Below are positions 38,014-47,053 of a DNA stretch of 64,000 bases, piece by piece (the stretch's first letter is position 1; each line of letters opens with the position of its first letter). A program made the position numbers and the translations under genes. The notes beneath the pieces are model-generated. The model was not told the origin of the DNA. It did no database searches and saw nothing but the letters and a program-made list of their open reading frames with translations. Location: the NCBI GenBank assembly GCA_902521325.1, contig CABYRE010000004.1, positions 3,743 to 67,742 of the forward strand, written 5' to 3'. The stretch comes from an uncultured Alphaproteobacteria bacterium (GTDB lineage: Bacteria; Pseudomonadota; Alphaproteobacteria; HIMB59; GCA-002718135).

Positions 38014-39086
38014 GGTTTTAATAACCTTCTAAGCTTACCTTCAGTTACATCATGGTCAATATAACATCCTTGTAGATGTCTAAAACCAGTATTTGGATCA
38101 AATTTTGTTCTTCCATGTAATAATCTCAAGTTATCAAACATTGCAATCATTCCTTTAGATAATCTAAATTTAATTTTGAAATCATCGGAATTACAAAGTT
38201 TGAAAATATATTTTCTAGCCTTATAAAAAAGATCGAGATTATTTTCGTCTAATAATGGGACATAATCAAGTCTACCGCTAAAACGAATTTGTCTAAAATT
38301 ATTATTATGATCAAGTTCAATTAATTTTGCTTCATCAACTAGAATAGTATCAATATCTGTAAACCTAAAAGTAACATTAGTATTAGTTAATACTTTATAG
38401 AATTTAGGTTGGTTGTGTTTTAAAAAATTTGCAACGCTAAAACCATCAACCAAACTAGAGTCGCCTCCTGTAGATTCATTCGCAATACAATGAAGTAATT
38501 GAATTCCAGGAACAGGCTTTCTATATGGATTATCCGAATGTGATGTTAACTCTAAAGCAGTATAGGCAAGATCATTTGGATTAGGTTTAGAAACGACATT
38601 AAATAATTTTCCAAAATTTGTTGATCTGACAGGGCCTAATTTTTCAGCAAAATTAATAACTTCATTTTCTTCTGCTTTTGTATTTTTGATTATCACATAA
38701 CCATATTGATAAAATACTTTAAGCATTTTAATTAGCTCATCATCATTCTCAAAAATTTTATTATTATTAAAAATTTCAAGATTATGATTATTTACGTCCC
38801 ATATCTTTTTTTCAGGTATGACATCAATATTATTGATTTCATTATAAAGATCATCGATATTAAAATAACCTTTTGCTCCATCACTAAATTCAACATTTAA
38901 TATATTTTCGTTAATACTATGAGAATTTATAAATAGATTATCATCTAAGAGGCTTGGTTCATATAAACGTTGTAGATTATTTTGGTCTACAAATTCACTC
39001 CCATTTAATCTTTCACGAAGCCAAATACTATGAAGTTTAAACTCTGATAATTTTCCTTCATTAATAGAAATTATTTTTTTTCCCAT
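38010..39086 (-). CDS. Fe(II)/2-oxoglutarate dioxygenase of the gamma-butyrobetaine / trimethyllysine hydroxylase (BBOX/TMLH) family
   Basis: Strong blocks shared with human BBOX1, recalled from memory: HSD facial-triad start, PGIQLLHCI, TGGDSSLVDGF, DNLRLLHGR and RHLQGCY. N-terminal DUF971-like domain (SIWLRERL). Confidence 0.82.
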   Translation of the reverse strand: MGKKIISINEGKLSEFKLHSIWLRERLNGSEFVDQNNLQRLYEPSLLDDNLFINSHSINENILNVEFSDGAKGYFNIDDLYNEINNIDVIPEKKIWDVNNHNLEIFNNNKIFENDDELIKMLKVFYQYGYVIIKNTKAEENEVINFAEKLGPVRSTNFGKLFNVVSKPNPNDLAYTALELTSHSDNPYRKPVPGIQLLHCIANESTGGDSSLVDGFSVANFLKHNQPKFYKVLTNTNVTFRFTDIDTILVDEAKLIELDHNNNFRQIRFSGRLDYVPLLDENNLDLFYKARKYIFKLCNSDDFKIKFRLSKGMIAMFDNLRLLHGRTKFDPNTGFRHLQGCYIDHDVTEGKLRRLLKP

Positions 39087-39172
39087 TTTTAGTTTATTAA
39101 TTAATATTTAAATTTGTGTAAATTATAAATTATAGTTAAAAATTAAAAAATGGTTGAGAAATAAATGATTAA

Positions 39173-40003
39173 TTATTCTCCTAATAGAGAATGATCCAAA
39201 ACTCTAGTTTCATAGGCTGAATAAGAATGCCAGCCATGTATTGTTTGATCAAAATCAATTACACTACCTGTCATTAATCCAGATTCTTCTGAGCACATAA
39301 AAGCTAATCCTTTTGCCACATCAATAGGTTTTATCAATCTATTAAAAGGAGCCTTTTTTTCTTCATCTTGTAACCAATTAGGATTTTTTTTGTGAACCCT
39401 TGTCTGTATATCATGTTCAGCAGGAGTATCTGTCCATCCAATATTTAAAGCATTTACTCTTATTTGATAACTGGCAACAGAGTTTGCAATATTTTTTGTC
39501 ATTGTAGCTAAAGCAGCTTTTGACCCACTATAAGCAACAATAAATGGCATACCACTATACATTGCCATAGATAATACATTTGCAATTGTTCCTTTATTCT
39601 TATCTCTAATCATTATTTTAATTGTCTCTTGCATTAATATGAAAGGTGCACGGGTATTAATATTATAATTATTTTCATAATTTTCTAGAGTAGCACTTAG
39701 AATTGTTCCTCTTTCTGTATATCCGGCAACATTAATTAAAGAATTTATCGTTCCAAATTTTTTATCGGTCTCCGAAACAATTTTTTTGCAATCATCAACA
39801 TTTTTAAGGTCTGCTTTTATATACAAACACTCAGTGCCTAATTTTTCAATCTGATTTTTAACTTCAAGACCTTTATTTTCTTGTCTCCCACAAATTGTAA
39901 TTGCTTTAGCACCTCTGTTAGCTAATAATCTCGCTGTTTCAGCACCACTACCTTGTGTACTGCCTGTAACTATAATGATCTTATCTTTAAATTGTTCATT
40001 CAT
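39173..40003 (-). CDS. Short-chain dehydrogenase/reductase (SDR)
   Basis: TGSTQGSG cofactor motif and catalytic YSGSK. Confidence 0.85.
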   Translation of the reverse strand: MNEQFKDKIIIVTGSTQGSGAETARLLANRGAKAITICGRQENKGLEVKNQIEKLGTECLYIKADLKNVDDCKKIVSETDKKFGTINSLINVAGYTERGTILSATLENYENNYNINTRAPFILMQETIKIMIRDKNKGTIANVLSMAMYSGMPFIVAYSGSKAALATMTKNIANSVASYQIRVNALNIGWTDTPAEHDIQTRVHKKNPNWLQDEEKKAPFNRLIKPIDVAKGLAFMCSEESGLMTGSVIDFDQTIHGWHSYSAYETRVLDHSLLGE

Positions 40004-40018
40004 AAAATTTATCTATAA

Positions 40019-41020
40019 CTAAAATTTTGGTTTTACAACTTTATTTGATTTTACTGATTTAGTAGCTGAATTAGCAAGAATTAAAGCTTTCTTTCCGTCC
40101 TCAAAAGTGACTGATGTATTTTTTTTATTTTTTATTGATTTAATAAATTGATCTAATTGTATTTGATAAGCATCTTTGTATCTTTCGATAAAAAAATTTT
40201 TAATAGGTTTTTTTGCAAAGGATAAATTTTGATTGTAGTAATTGATATCATTATTAGGAACATTATCAGAAATTAACATTCCATTACTTCCAAATACTTC
40301 GAGTCTTTGATCATATCCATAGACAGCTCTTCTTGAATTATTTATATGAATTAAAACCCCTTTTTTTGATTTCAAAAAACACATGGTTGTATCATAATCA
40401 TTGGTAACCTTAAAATCATTTGAGACATTTACAGAACCTTGTGCAAAAACTTCTACAATTGGATCATTATTAAGAATAAATCGTGCCAAATCAAAATCAT
40501 GAATTGAACAATCTCTAAAAATTCCACCCGATTGTTTTAAATAATTAATACCAGGTGGAGAAGGATCCCTGCTTGTGATTACAATCATTTCAATTTTCCC
40601 AATCTTTCCTGAAAGAACCTCACTTTGAACTTTACTATGATTAGGATCAAATCTACGATTAAAACCAATTTGAATAGTTGGTTTATATTTTTTAATTTTT
40701 TTCCAACATTTATTTACTTTATTTATATCTAAATCAATTGGCTTTTCACATAATATAGCTTTATTACATTCTGCTCCTAGAGAAATATAATCTGTATGAG
40801 TTGGAGTGGCAGAAGCAATTAAAATAGCTTTTATTTGATCTGAAGAAATTGCTTCCTTTGCAGTCTTTGCAACTTCACAACTATATTTTTTTGCAATTTT
40901 TTTAGCAGAGATTGTATCAATATCATAAACGTATTTGAGGTTCGCTTCTGGATGAGCATTTATGATTGAAGCATGCAATTTCCCAATTCTTCCTGTTCCC
41001 AATAAGGCAAAATTAATCAT
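40019..41020 (-). CDS. Gfo/Idh/MocA oxidoreductase (inositol 2-dehydrogenase-like)
   Basis: N-terminal LGTGRIGKLH and the EKP motif (LCEKPI). At 333 aa it fits IolG-type enzymes. Confidence 0.75.
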   Translation of the reverse strand: MINFALLGTGRIGKLHASIINAHPEANLKYVYDIDTISAKKIAKKYSCEVAKTAKEAISSDQIKAILIASATPTHTDYISLGAECNKAILCEKPIDLDINKVNKCWKKIKKYKPTIQIGFNRRFDPNHSKVQSEVLSGKIGKIEMIVITSRDPSPPGINYLKQSGGIFRDCSIHDFDLARFILNNDPIVEVFAQGSVNVSNDFKVTNDYDTTMCFLKSKKGVLIHINNSRRAVYGYDQRLEVFGSNGMLISDNVPNNDINYYNQNLSFAKKPIKNFFIERYKDAYQIQLDQFIKSIKNKKNTSVTFEDGKKALILANSATKSVKSNKVVKPKF

Positions 41021-41021
41021 T

Positions 41022-42209
41022 TTAAATTTTTATCCACTTTGAATTTAAATTAGAAGATTTTTTTGCTGCATAAATAAATTTAATACCAGCAACACCATCA
41101 TCAATGGTTGGGAAGAAATATTTTTTATTTTTATTGTGAATCTGATCAGCAAATTCCGAATAAATATTTGCAAAGGCTTCAAAAAAACCCTCTGGATGAC
41201 CAGCAGCTATTCTTGAAGAGGTAAGTGAAAAATTAGATACTAATTTACTTGCTCTTGTAATAACTTTCATTGGCTTATCTAGTTCTGTAAACTTTAAATT
41301 ATTTGGATCATCCTGTAACCACTCTATTGAACCTTTTGTTCCATAAACTCTTATTTTTAGACCATTTTCTCCACCAGTGGCAGCAGACGATACCCAGATT
41401 ATACCTCTTGCCTTATTGTGCATTCTTAATAAAACAAAAGCATTATCATCTACTGAAATTTCTGAAGATAATGAATTTACTTCTGCTGAAATTTCATTTG
41501 CTTCTAATCCAGTGACATATCTCAACAAATGATACGCATGAGTTCCAATTTCAGATAATATCATTGAGGGTCCAGATTGTTTTTTATCTAATCTCCATTT
41601 TAATGTTGCTTTTTCATCTCTCTTTTTTACCCCGACTGTATAACCTTGAGGATACTCAACATTAATTAAATTAATTTTTCCTAATTTATGATTTGAAATA
41701 ATATTTTTTGCCTCTCTTAGCATTGGATAGCTTGAGTAATTGTGTGTTAATGCAAATACAATTTTATTTTTTAAAATAACTTTTTTTAATTTAACAGCAT
41801 CCTCGACTGTTGCAGTTAAAGGTTTGTCACAAATAATATGTATACCTTTTTCAATAAATGCTTTTGCTATCTTATAATGATCACCCGATGGAGTCATTAT
41901 TCCAAGCGCTTGAATACCATCATTTCTTTTTGACTCAGCGGATGCCATAGACTTATAATCACTGTAACAACGATCATCAGCTAATCCTAATGACGAACCA
42001 AAAGATTTAGATTTTTTTTTATCTTTTGAAAATATTCCAGCAACAAATTCAAATTTATTATCAAATCTTGCTGATAACCTATGTGTGTATCCAATAAATG
42101 AATTTGGACCTCCACCAATAAAACCAATTCTAATTTTATTTTTATTATTTAAAGTATCATTTCTAAGTAAGTCTAATCGACCAAAAGCAATTTTGGATTT
42201 TTTTTTCAT
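41022..42209 (-). CDS. Gfo/Idh/MocA family oxidoreductase (long form)
   Basis: Rossmann motif IGFIGGGPNSFIG and the DKP variant of the EKP motif (ICDKPL). Confidence 0.8.
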   Translation of the reverse strand: MKKKSKIAFGRLDLLRNDTLNNKNKIRIGFIGGGPNSFIGYTHRLSARFDNKFEFVAGIFSKDKKKSKSFGSSLGLADDRCYSDYKSMASAESKRNDGIQALGIMTPSGDHYKIAKAFIEKGIHIICDKPLTATVEDAVKLKKVILKNKIVFALTHNYSSYPMLREAKNIISNHKLGKINLINVEYPQGYTVGVKKRDEKATLKWRLDKKQSGPSMILSEIGTHAYHLLRYVTGLEANEISAEVNSLSSEISVDDNAFVLLRMHNKARGIIWVSSAATGGENGLKIRVYGTKGSIEWLQDDPNNLKFTELDKPMKVITRASKLVSNFSLTSSRIAAGHPEGFFEAFANIYSEFADQIHNKNKKYFFPTIDDGVAGIKFIYAAKKSSNLNSKWIKI

Positions 42210-42979
42210 TAATTAACTATGCCGCCATCAATTACATAATTTTGCGCGGTACAACCAGAACTTTGATCAGATGCAAAAAACAAAACTGGCTTTGATATAT
42301 CTTCAGGCATAAGCATTCTCTTAATACATTGTCTCTCAAGTTGAGTTTTTTTAATTTCTGGAGTAAGCCATAATTTTTTTTGCCTCTCCGTAATGATCCA
42401 GCCAGGAACAATACAATTTACTCTGATGTTATAGACACCTAAATCTCTTGCTAAAGTTCTTGTTAAACCCATAATAGCAGATTTTGCAGTGGTATATCCA
42501 GGCATACCGCCTTGAGAAATCATCCATGAAAAACTTCCTATATTTACAATAGAACCTTTGCCTAAATCTTTCATGTCTTTATAAACAGCTTGAGTTGCAA
42601 AAAAATAATGTCTCAAATTAATATTCATTCTATCATCCCAATATTCAGGGGTGACACTATCTAGATCATGTCTCTCATCATTTGCTGCATTATTTACTAG
42701 AATTGAAATTGGACCAATTTCTTTTTTTACTTTTTCTAATGAGCTTTTAAGTTGTTCTATATTTTTTAAATCACATTTTACAAATAGACTATCAACATCA
42801 TATTTGATTTTGATTTTTTTTTCTAACTCATTACCTAATTCATCATTTATATCTAAAAATGCAACTTTTGATTTTTGAGAAACAAATTGTTCGACGATAC
42901 TTTCCCCAATTCCTGAGGCACCTCCTGTAATAAGAACTACTCTATCTTTAAGTGATGGATAAGTTGCAATTTCGTTCAT
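42209..42979 (-). CDS. Short-chain dehydrogenase/reductase (SDR, KduD/FabG-like)
   Basis: TGGASGIG motif, NNAA and catalytic YTTAK. Confidence 0.85.
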   Translation of the reverse strand: MNEIATYPSLKDRVVLITGGASGIGESIVEQFVSQKSKVAFLDINDELGNELEKKIKIKYDVDSLFVKCDLKNIEQLKSSLEKVKKEIGPISILVNNAANDERHDLDSVTPEYWDDRMNINLRHYFFATQAVYKDMKDLGKGSIVNIGSFSWMISQGGMPGYTTAKSAIMGLTRTLARDLGVYNIRVNCIVPGWIITERQKKLWLTPEIKKTQLERQCIKRMLMPEDISKPVLFFASDQSSGCTAQNYVIDGGIVN

Positions 42980-42994
42980 GATTATTTATGTTAT

Positions 42995-44512
42995 ATGTTT
43001 ATCAAAAATATGTTTAACATAATCAAATTAAATGAAAAAGATAATATTGGAATTGCTCCAATGGATATTCCTGAAAATATTAATATAAATTATGGAATTA
43101 GATCAATTGATAATATTCCCTATGGTCATAAAATTTCTTTAAAAAAAATTAAAAGTGGTGATTTTATTTTTAAGTATGGACAAATAATTGGAATATCTAA
43201 TCAAAATATAGAACCTGGGGAACATGTACATTCACATAATATGGGATATAGTGATTTCAAAAGAGAATATACACGTGATAATTTTAAAAATGATATTATT
43301 AAAAATGTAAAAACAGAATACTTTAAAGGTTTCAAAAGAAATAATGGATCATCCGGTACTAGAAATTATATAGGTTTAATTAGTACAGTTAATTGCTCTG
43401 CAACAGTTGTTAAAAAAATATCTGATAAAATAAATAATTATTTAAAGAATAATAATTTTGACAACATTGATGGGGCGGTCTGTTTAAAACATTCATCTGG
43501 CTGTGGGATGAATACCACTGGATACGCTATGAATATATTAAGTAGAACAATTGAAGGTTTTAAAATTCATCCTAACTTTGGAAAAGTTTTTGTTATTGGA
43601 CTTGGATGTGAATGTACCCAAATAAGTTTGTATAATAATGATAAGGAAAAAAGTAATATTGAATATTTAAATATTCAAGATGAAGGTGGAACAAATGAAA
43701 TTATAAAAAAAGTAACTTCTAGAATTATAAATCAGTTAAATGAAATTAATTATATTTCGAGAACAAATATTCCAATTTCAGAACTGACAATTGCTTTACA
43801 ATGTGGTGGTTCAGATTCGTATTCTGGTATAACTGCAAATCCCGCATTAGGCCTAGCATCAGATATGATCATTGATCATGGAGGAACAACATTGCTGTCA
43901 GAGACTCCAGAAATATATGGGGCAGAACATTTATTATTTGAAAAATCATCAAATGAAAAAAATGTAGAAAAATTAAACAATCAAATAAAGTGGTGGAAAG
44001 AGTATGTTGCTAAAAACGATAGTACATTAGATAATAATCCAAGTCCTGGTAACAAGAGGGGAGGATTAACAACGATTTTGGAAAAATCTTTAGGTGCTGT
44101 ATCAAAAGCTGGGAATAGAAATATGGTTGACGTTCTGGATTATGCTGAAAAGGTTAAAACCAAAGGTTTTAACTTTATGAATTCTCCAGGTTTCGATCCT
44201 GTATCTGTAACAGGTCAGGTTGCTTCCGGTGCTAATGTTATTTGTTTTACAACAGGTCAAGGTTCGTGCTTTGGATTTAAACCTACTCCAAGTATTAAAA
44301 TAGCTTCTAATACAAATATGTATAATAAACTTAGTGAAGATATGGACATTAATGCCGGAACTATTATGGATAATGTTTCAAGTGTTGATGAAGTTGGCAA
44401 AGAAATATTTAATAAAATAATTTCAGTTGCATCAGGTGAAAAATCAAAAAGTGAATTAAATGGTTATGGTGATGATGAATTCAATCCATGGATAATTGGA
44501 GCAACACTATAA
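42995..44512 (+). CDS. UxaA-family sugar-acid dehydratase (altronate / galactarate dehydratase-like)
   Basis: N-terminal SAF domain (HKISLKKIKSGDFIFKYGQIIG...GEHVHSHN) followed by a large Cys-containing UxaA C-terminal domain. Confidence 0.8.
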   Translation: MFIKNMFNIIKLNEKDNIGIAPMDIPENININYGIRSIDNIPYGHKISLKKIKSGDFIFKYGQIIGISNQNIEPGEHVHSHNMGYSDFKREYTRDNFKNDIIKNVKTEYFKGFKRNNGSSGTRNYIGLISTVNCSATVVKKISDKINNYLKNNNFDNIDGAVCLKHSSGCGMNTTGYAMNILSRTIEGFKIHPNFGKVFVIGLGCECTQISLYNNDKEKSNIEYLNIQDEGGTNEIIKKVTSRIINQLNEINYISRTNIPISELTIALQCGGSDSYSGITANPALGLASDMIIDHGGTTLLSETPEIYGAEHLLFEKSSNEKNVEKLNNQIKWWKEYVAKNDSTLDNNPSPGNKRGGLTTILEKSLGAVSKAGNRNMVDVLDYAEKVKTKGFNFMNSPGFDPVSVTGQVASGANVICFTTGQGSCFGFKPTPSIKIASNTNMYNKLSEDMDINAGTIMDNVSSVDEVGKEIFNKIISVASGEKSKSELNGYGDDEFNPWIIGATL

Positions 44513-44514
44513 AT

Positions 44515-45663
44515 TTATAAATCACCTTTAAAGGCATTAACATACATTTTTAAAAAATCTTCCGCGTTAACTGGTATAGGATTTGTACTTGTAGAGGGAT
44601 CATTAAAAGCCATTAAACTCATTTTTTCTAAATTTTTATCATCATCAATTATTTCACTTAAAGTGTGAGGAATATTTAAATTTGATCGAAGCTCTAAAAT
44701 CCAATGCATAAAGTTTTTAAATGTTGCTGATTTCAGATTTATATATCTTGAGATATCAATAATTTTTTCTTCAATGCCTTTTTTATTATATTGTAAAACA
44801 TATGGCATAAATACAGCATTAGTTAATCCATGATGTGTATTATAAATTGCACCTACAGGATGACTTAAAGAATGGATAGCACCTAAACCTTTTTGAAAAG
44901 CTATTGAACCCATAGATGAAGATACTAGCATATGCGATCTAGCTTCTAGGTTTAATCCATTATTAAAAGCAAGAACAAGATTATTTTTTACTAATCTAAT
45001 GCCTTCTAATGCAATACCTTGTGAATAAGGATGGAAAATATTCGACAAATATGCTTCTAAGCAATGAGCTAGTGCATCCATTCCTGTAAAGGCTGTTAGA
45101 TTTGCAGGAAGTGGAATTGTCAAATTTGGATCAAGGATAACAATTGATGGAAGCATTTTTGGATGGAAAATTATTTTTTTTTCTTGTGTTTGTTCATTAG
45201 TAAAGACTGACGCTCTTCCAGTTTCAGAACCTGTTCCAGCTGTAGTAGGTAGAGCAATTATAGGATAAATTGAATCTGCATTAGCTCTAGTCCACCAGTC
45301 ACCAATATCTTCAAAATCCCAGATTGGTCTTTCTTGCTTGGACATAAATGCAATTGCCTTTCCTGTATCCATACCCGAGCCTCCACCAACAGCTATTACT
45401 CCATCATGTTTATTTTCATTAAATGCTTTAACACCATCTTCAACATTCTTACCTGTAGGATTTGATTTAACATCACTAAAAACAATTGCCTGTTTATCTA
45501 AACAATCATTTAACTTATTAATAATGTTTGTTTTTAAAATTCCATTATCAGTAACAATTAATGGTTTTTGAATATTTAATTCTTCACAGGCTTTTTGTAT
45601 TTCTTTTATTCTATCAACACCAAACCAGATTGTAGTAGGATAATTCCAATTTATATTTTCCAT
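44515..45663 (-). CDS. Iron-containing (group III) alcohol dehydrogenase
   Basis: GGGSGMDTGKAIA motif and a His-rich metal site (HCLEAY, HSLSHPVG). Confidence 0.85.
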   Translation of the reverse strand: MENINWNYPTTIWFGVDRIKEIQKACEELNIQKPLIVTDNGILKTNIINKLNDCLDKQAIVFSDVKSNPTGKNVEDGVKAFNENKHDGVIAVGGGSGMDTGKAIAFMSKQERPIWDFEDIGDWWTRANADSIYPIIALPTTAGTGSETGRASVFTNEQTQEKKIIFHPKMLPSIVILDPNLTIPLPANLTAFTGMDALAHCLEAYLSNIFHPYSQGIALEGIRLVKNNLVLAFNNGLNLEARSHMLVSSSMGSIAFQKGLGAIHSLSHPVGAIYNTHHGLTNAVFMPYVLQYNKKGIEEKIIDISRYINLKSATFKNFMHWILELRSNLNIPHTLSEIIDDDKNLEKMSLMAFNDPSTSTNPIPVNAEDFLKMYVNAFKGDL

Positions 45664-45667
45664 AATC

Positions 45668-47044
45668 TTAAATATTTCTTATATGATAACTTTTTGCTCT
45701 TGTTAAATGATCAAATCCTAGAACAGATAAAGTAACGCCAATTCCAGTATCTTTTATACCAGTCCATGCTAAGCCAGGATCTAAGTAATCACATCTATTC
45801 ATAAAAAAAGTTCCTGTTTCAACATTTTTTCCAAAATTTTCCGCAAAAGACTTATCATTTGTCCAAATACTTGCTGTTAATCCATAAGAGCTATCATTCA
45901 TTAACGATAAAGCTTCATTTTCATTTTCTACTTTCATTATTCCAACTGAAGGACCAAATATTTCTTCCATCATATATTTCATCGAATGATCGACATTGAT
46001 GAGTGCACTTGGGCTTACATAACAATTATTACCATCATCTAAGTTAAATTTTTTGTTATCTATAATGTTTTTTCCACCTTGACTAATTGCGTTGTTAACT
46101 TCAGATCTAATATTATTTGCAGCAGATTGCTTTACTACTGGACCTAAATTTGTTTCCATCTCTAGTGGATTTCCTAAAATATATTTCTCAGTTACATCTT
46201 TAAATTTTTCTACAAATGTATTGTATATTTTTTTATCAACATAAATTCTTTCAATACCGCAACAAGATTGACCAGAATTGAAGTATGAACCATCAACTAA
46301 ATTTTCAACAGCATGATTTAAATTACAATCAGCCCTAACATAAGCAGGATCTTTTCCGCCTAACTCTAAACCAGCTCCAATAAATCTAGTACCTATAGAT
46401 TTCTTTATTTGTTTTCCCCCACTTACAGAACCTGTAAATAAAACATGATTAATTCTTGAATCGGAAATTATTCTTGATGTTTGATCATGATTTAAATGTA
46501 AATACTGAAAAATATCTTTTGGTAATGAAGATTGTTTAGCTGCGTCATATAATTCTTCAGCACAAAGTGGAGTTTGAGAAGAATGTTTTAATATAACTGC
46601 ATTACCCGCAAGTAAACTTGGAACAATCGAATTAACAGAAGTGTTGAAAGGGTAATTCCAGGGAGCAATTACAAATATAGTCCCCAATGGTTCTTTTTTT
46701 ATATAATTATCAAATTCATCATTTTTAATTGATACAACTCTTGACAGTGCTCTATCAGCATTTTCAATCATATAACGAGCTCTTTCTTCAAAACCTCGCA
46801 TCTCTCCTGGGCACTGTGCTATAGGTCTGCCTATCTGCTTACATAAATTACTAGAAACATCCTTATTCTTTAAAAAAATTTCTACAAAATTTAAAACTGA
46901 CTTTTTTCTCTCTTCTAGAGATAAATTTTTCCAATGCTCTCTTACAGAATAGGAATTGCTGAGACTTGTTTCTATATCTTCTTCTATTGCATATTCTCTT
47001 TTAAGTAAAACGGAGTTATCTATTGGAGTAATGGTCTCAAACAT
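45668..47044 (-). CDS. Aldehyde dehydrogenase family protein
   Basis: LELGGKDP and GQSCCGIER catalytic motifs. Confidence 0.88.
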   Translation of the reverse strand: MFETITPIDNSVLLKREYAIEEDIETSLSNSYSVREHWKNLSLEERKKSVLNFVEIFLKNKDVSSNLCKQIGRPIAQCPGEMRGFEERARYMIENADRALSRVVSIKNDEFDNYIKKEPLGTIFVIAPWNYPFNTSVNSIVPSLLAGNAVILKHSSQTPLCAEELYDAAKQSSLPKDIFQYLHLNHDQTSRIISDSRINHVLFTGSVSGGKQIKKSIGTRFIGAGLELGGKDPAYVRADCNLNHAVENLVDGSYFNSGQSCCGIERIYVDKKIYNTFVEKFKDVTEKYILGNPLEMETNLGPVVKQSAANNIRSEVNNAISQGGKNIIDNKKFNLDDGNNCYVSPSALINVDHSMKYMMEEIFGPSVGIMKVENENEALSLMNDSSYGLTASIWTNDKSFAENFGKNVETGTFFMNRCDYLDPGLAWTGIKDTGIGVTLSVLGFDHLTRAKSYHIRNI

Positions 47045-47053
47045 TTAGTGATA

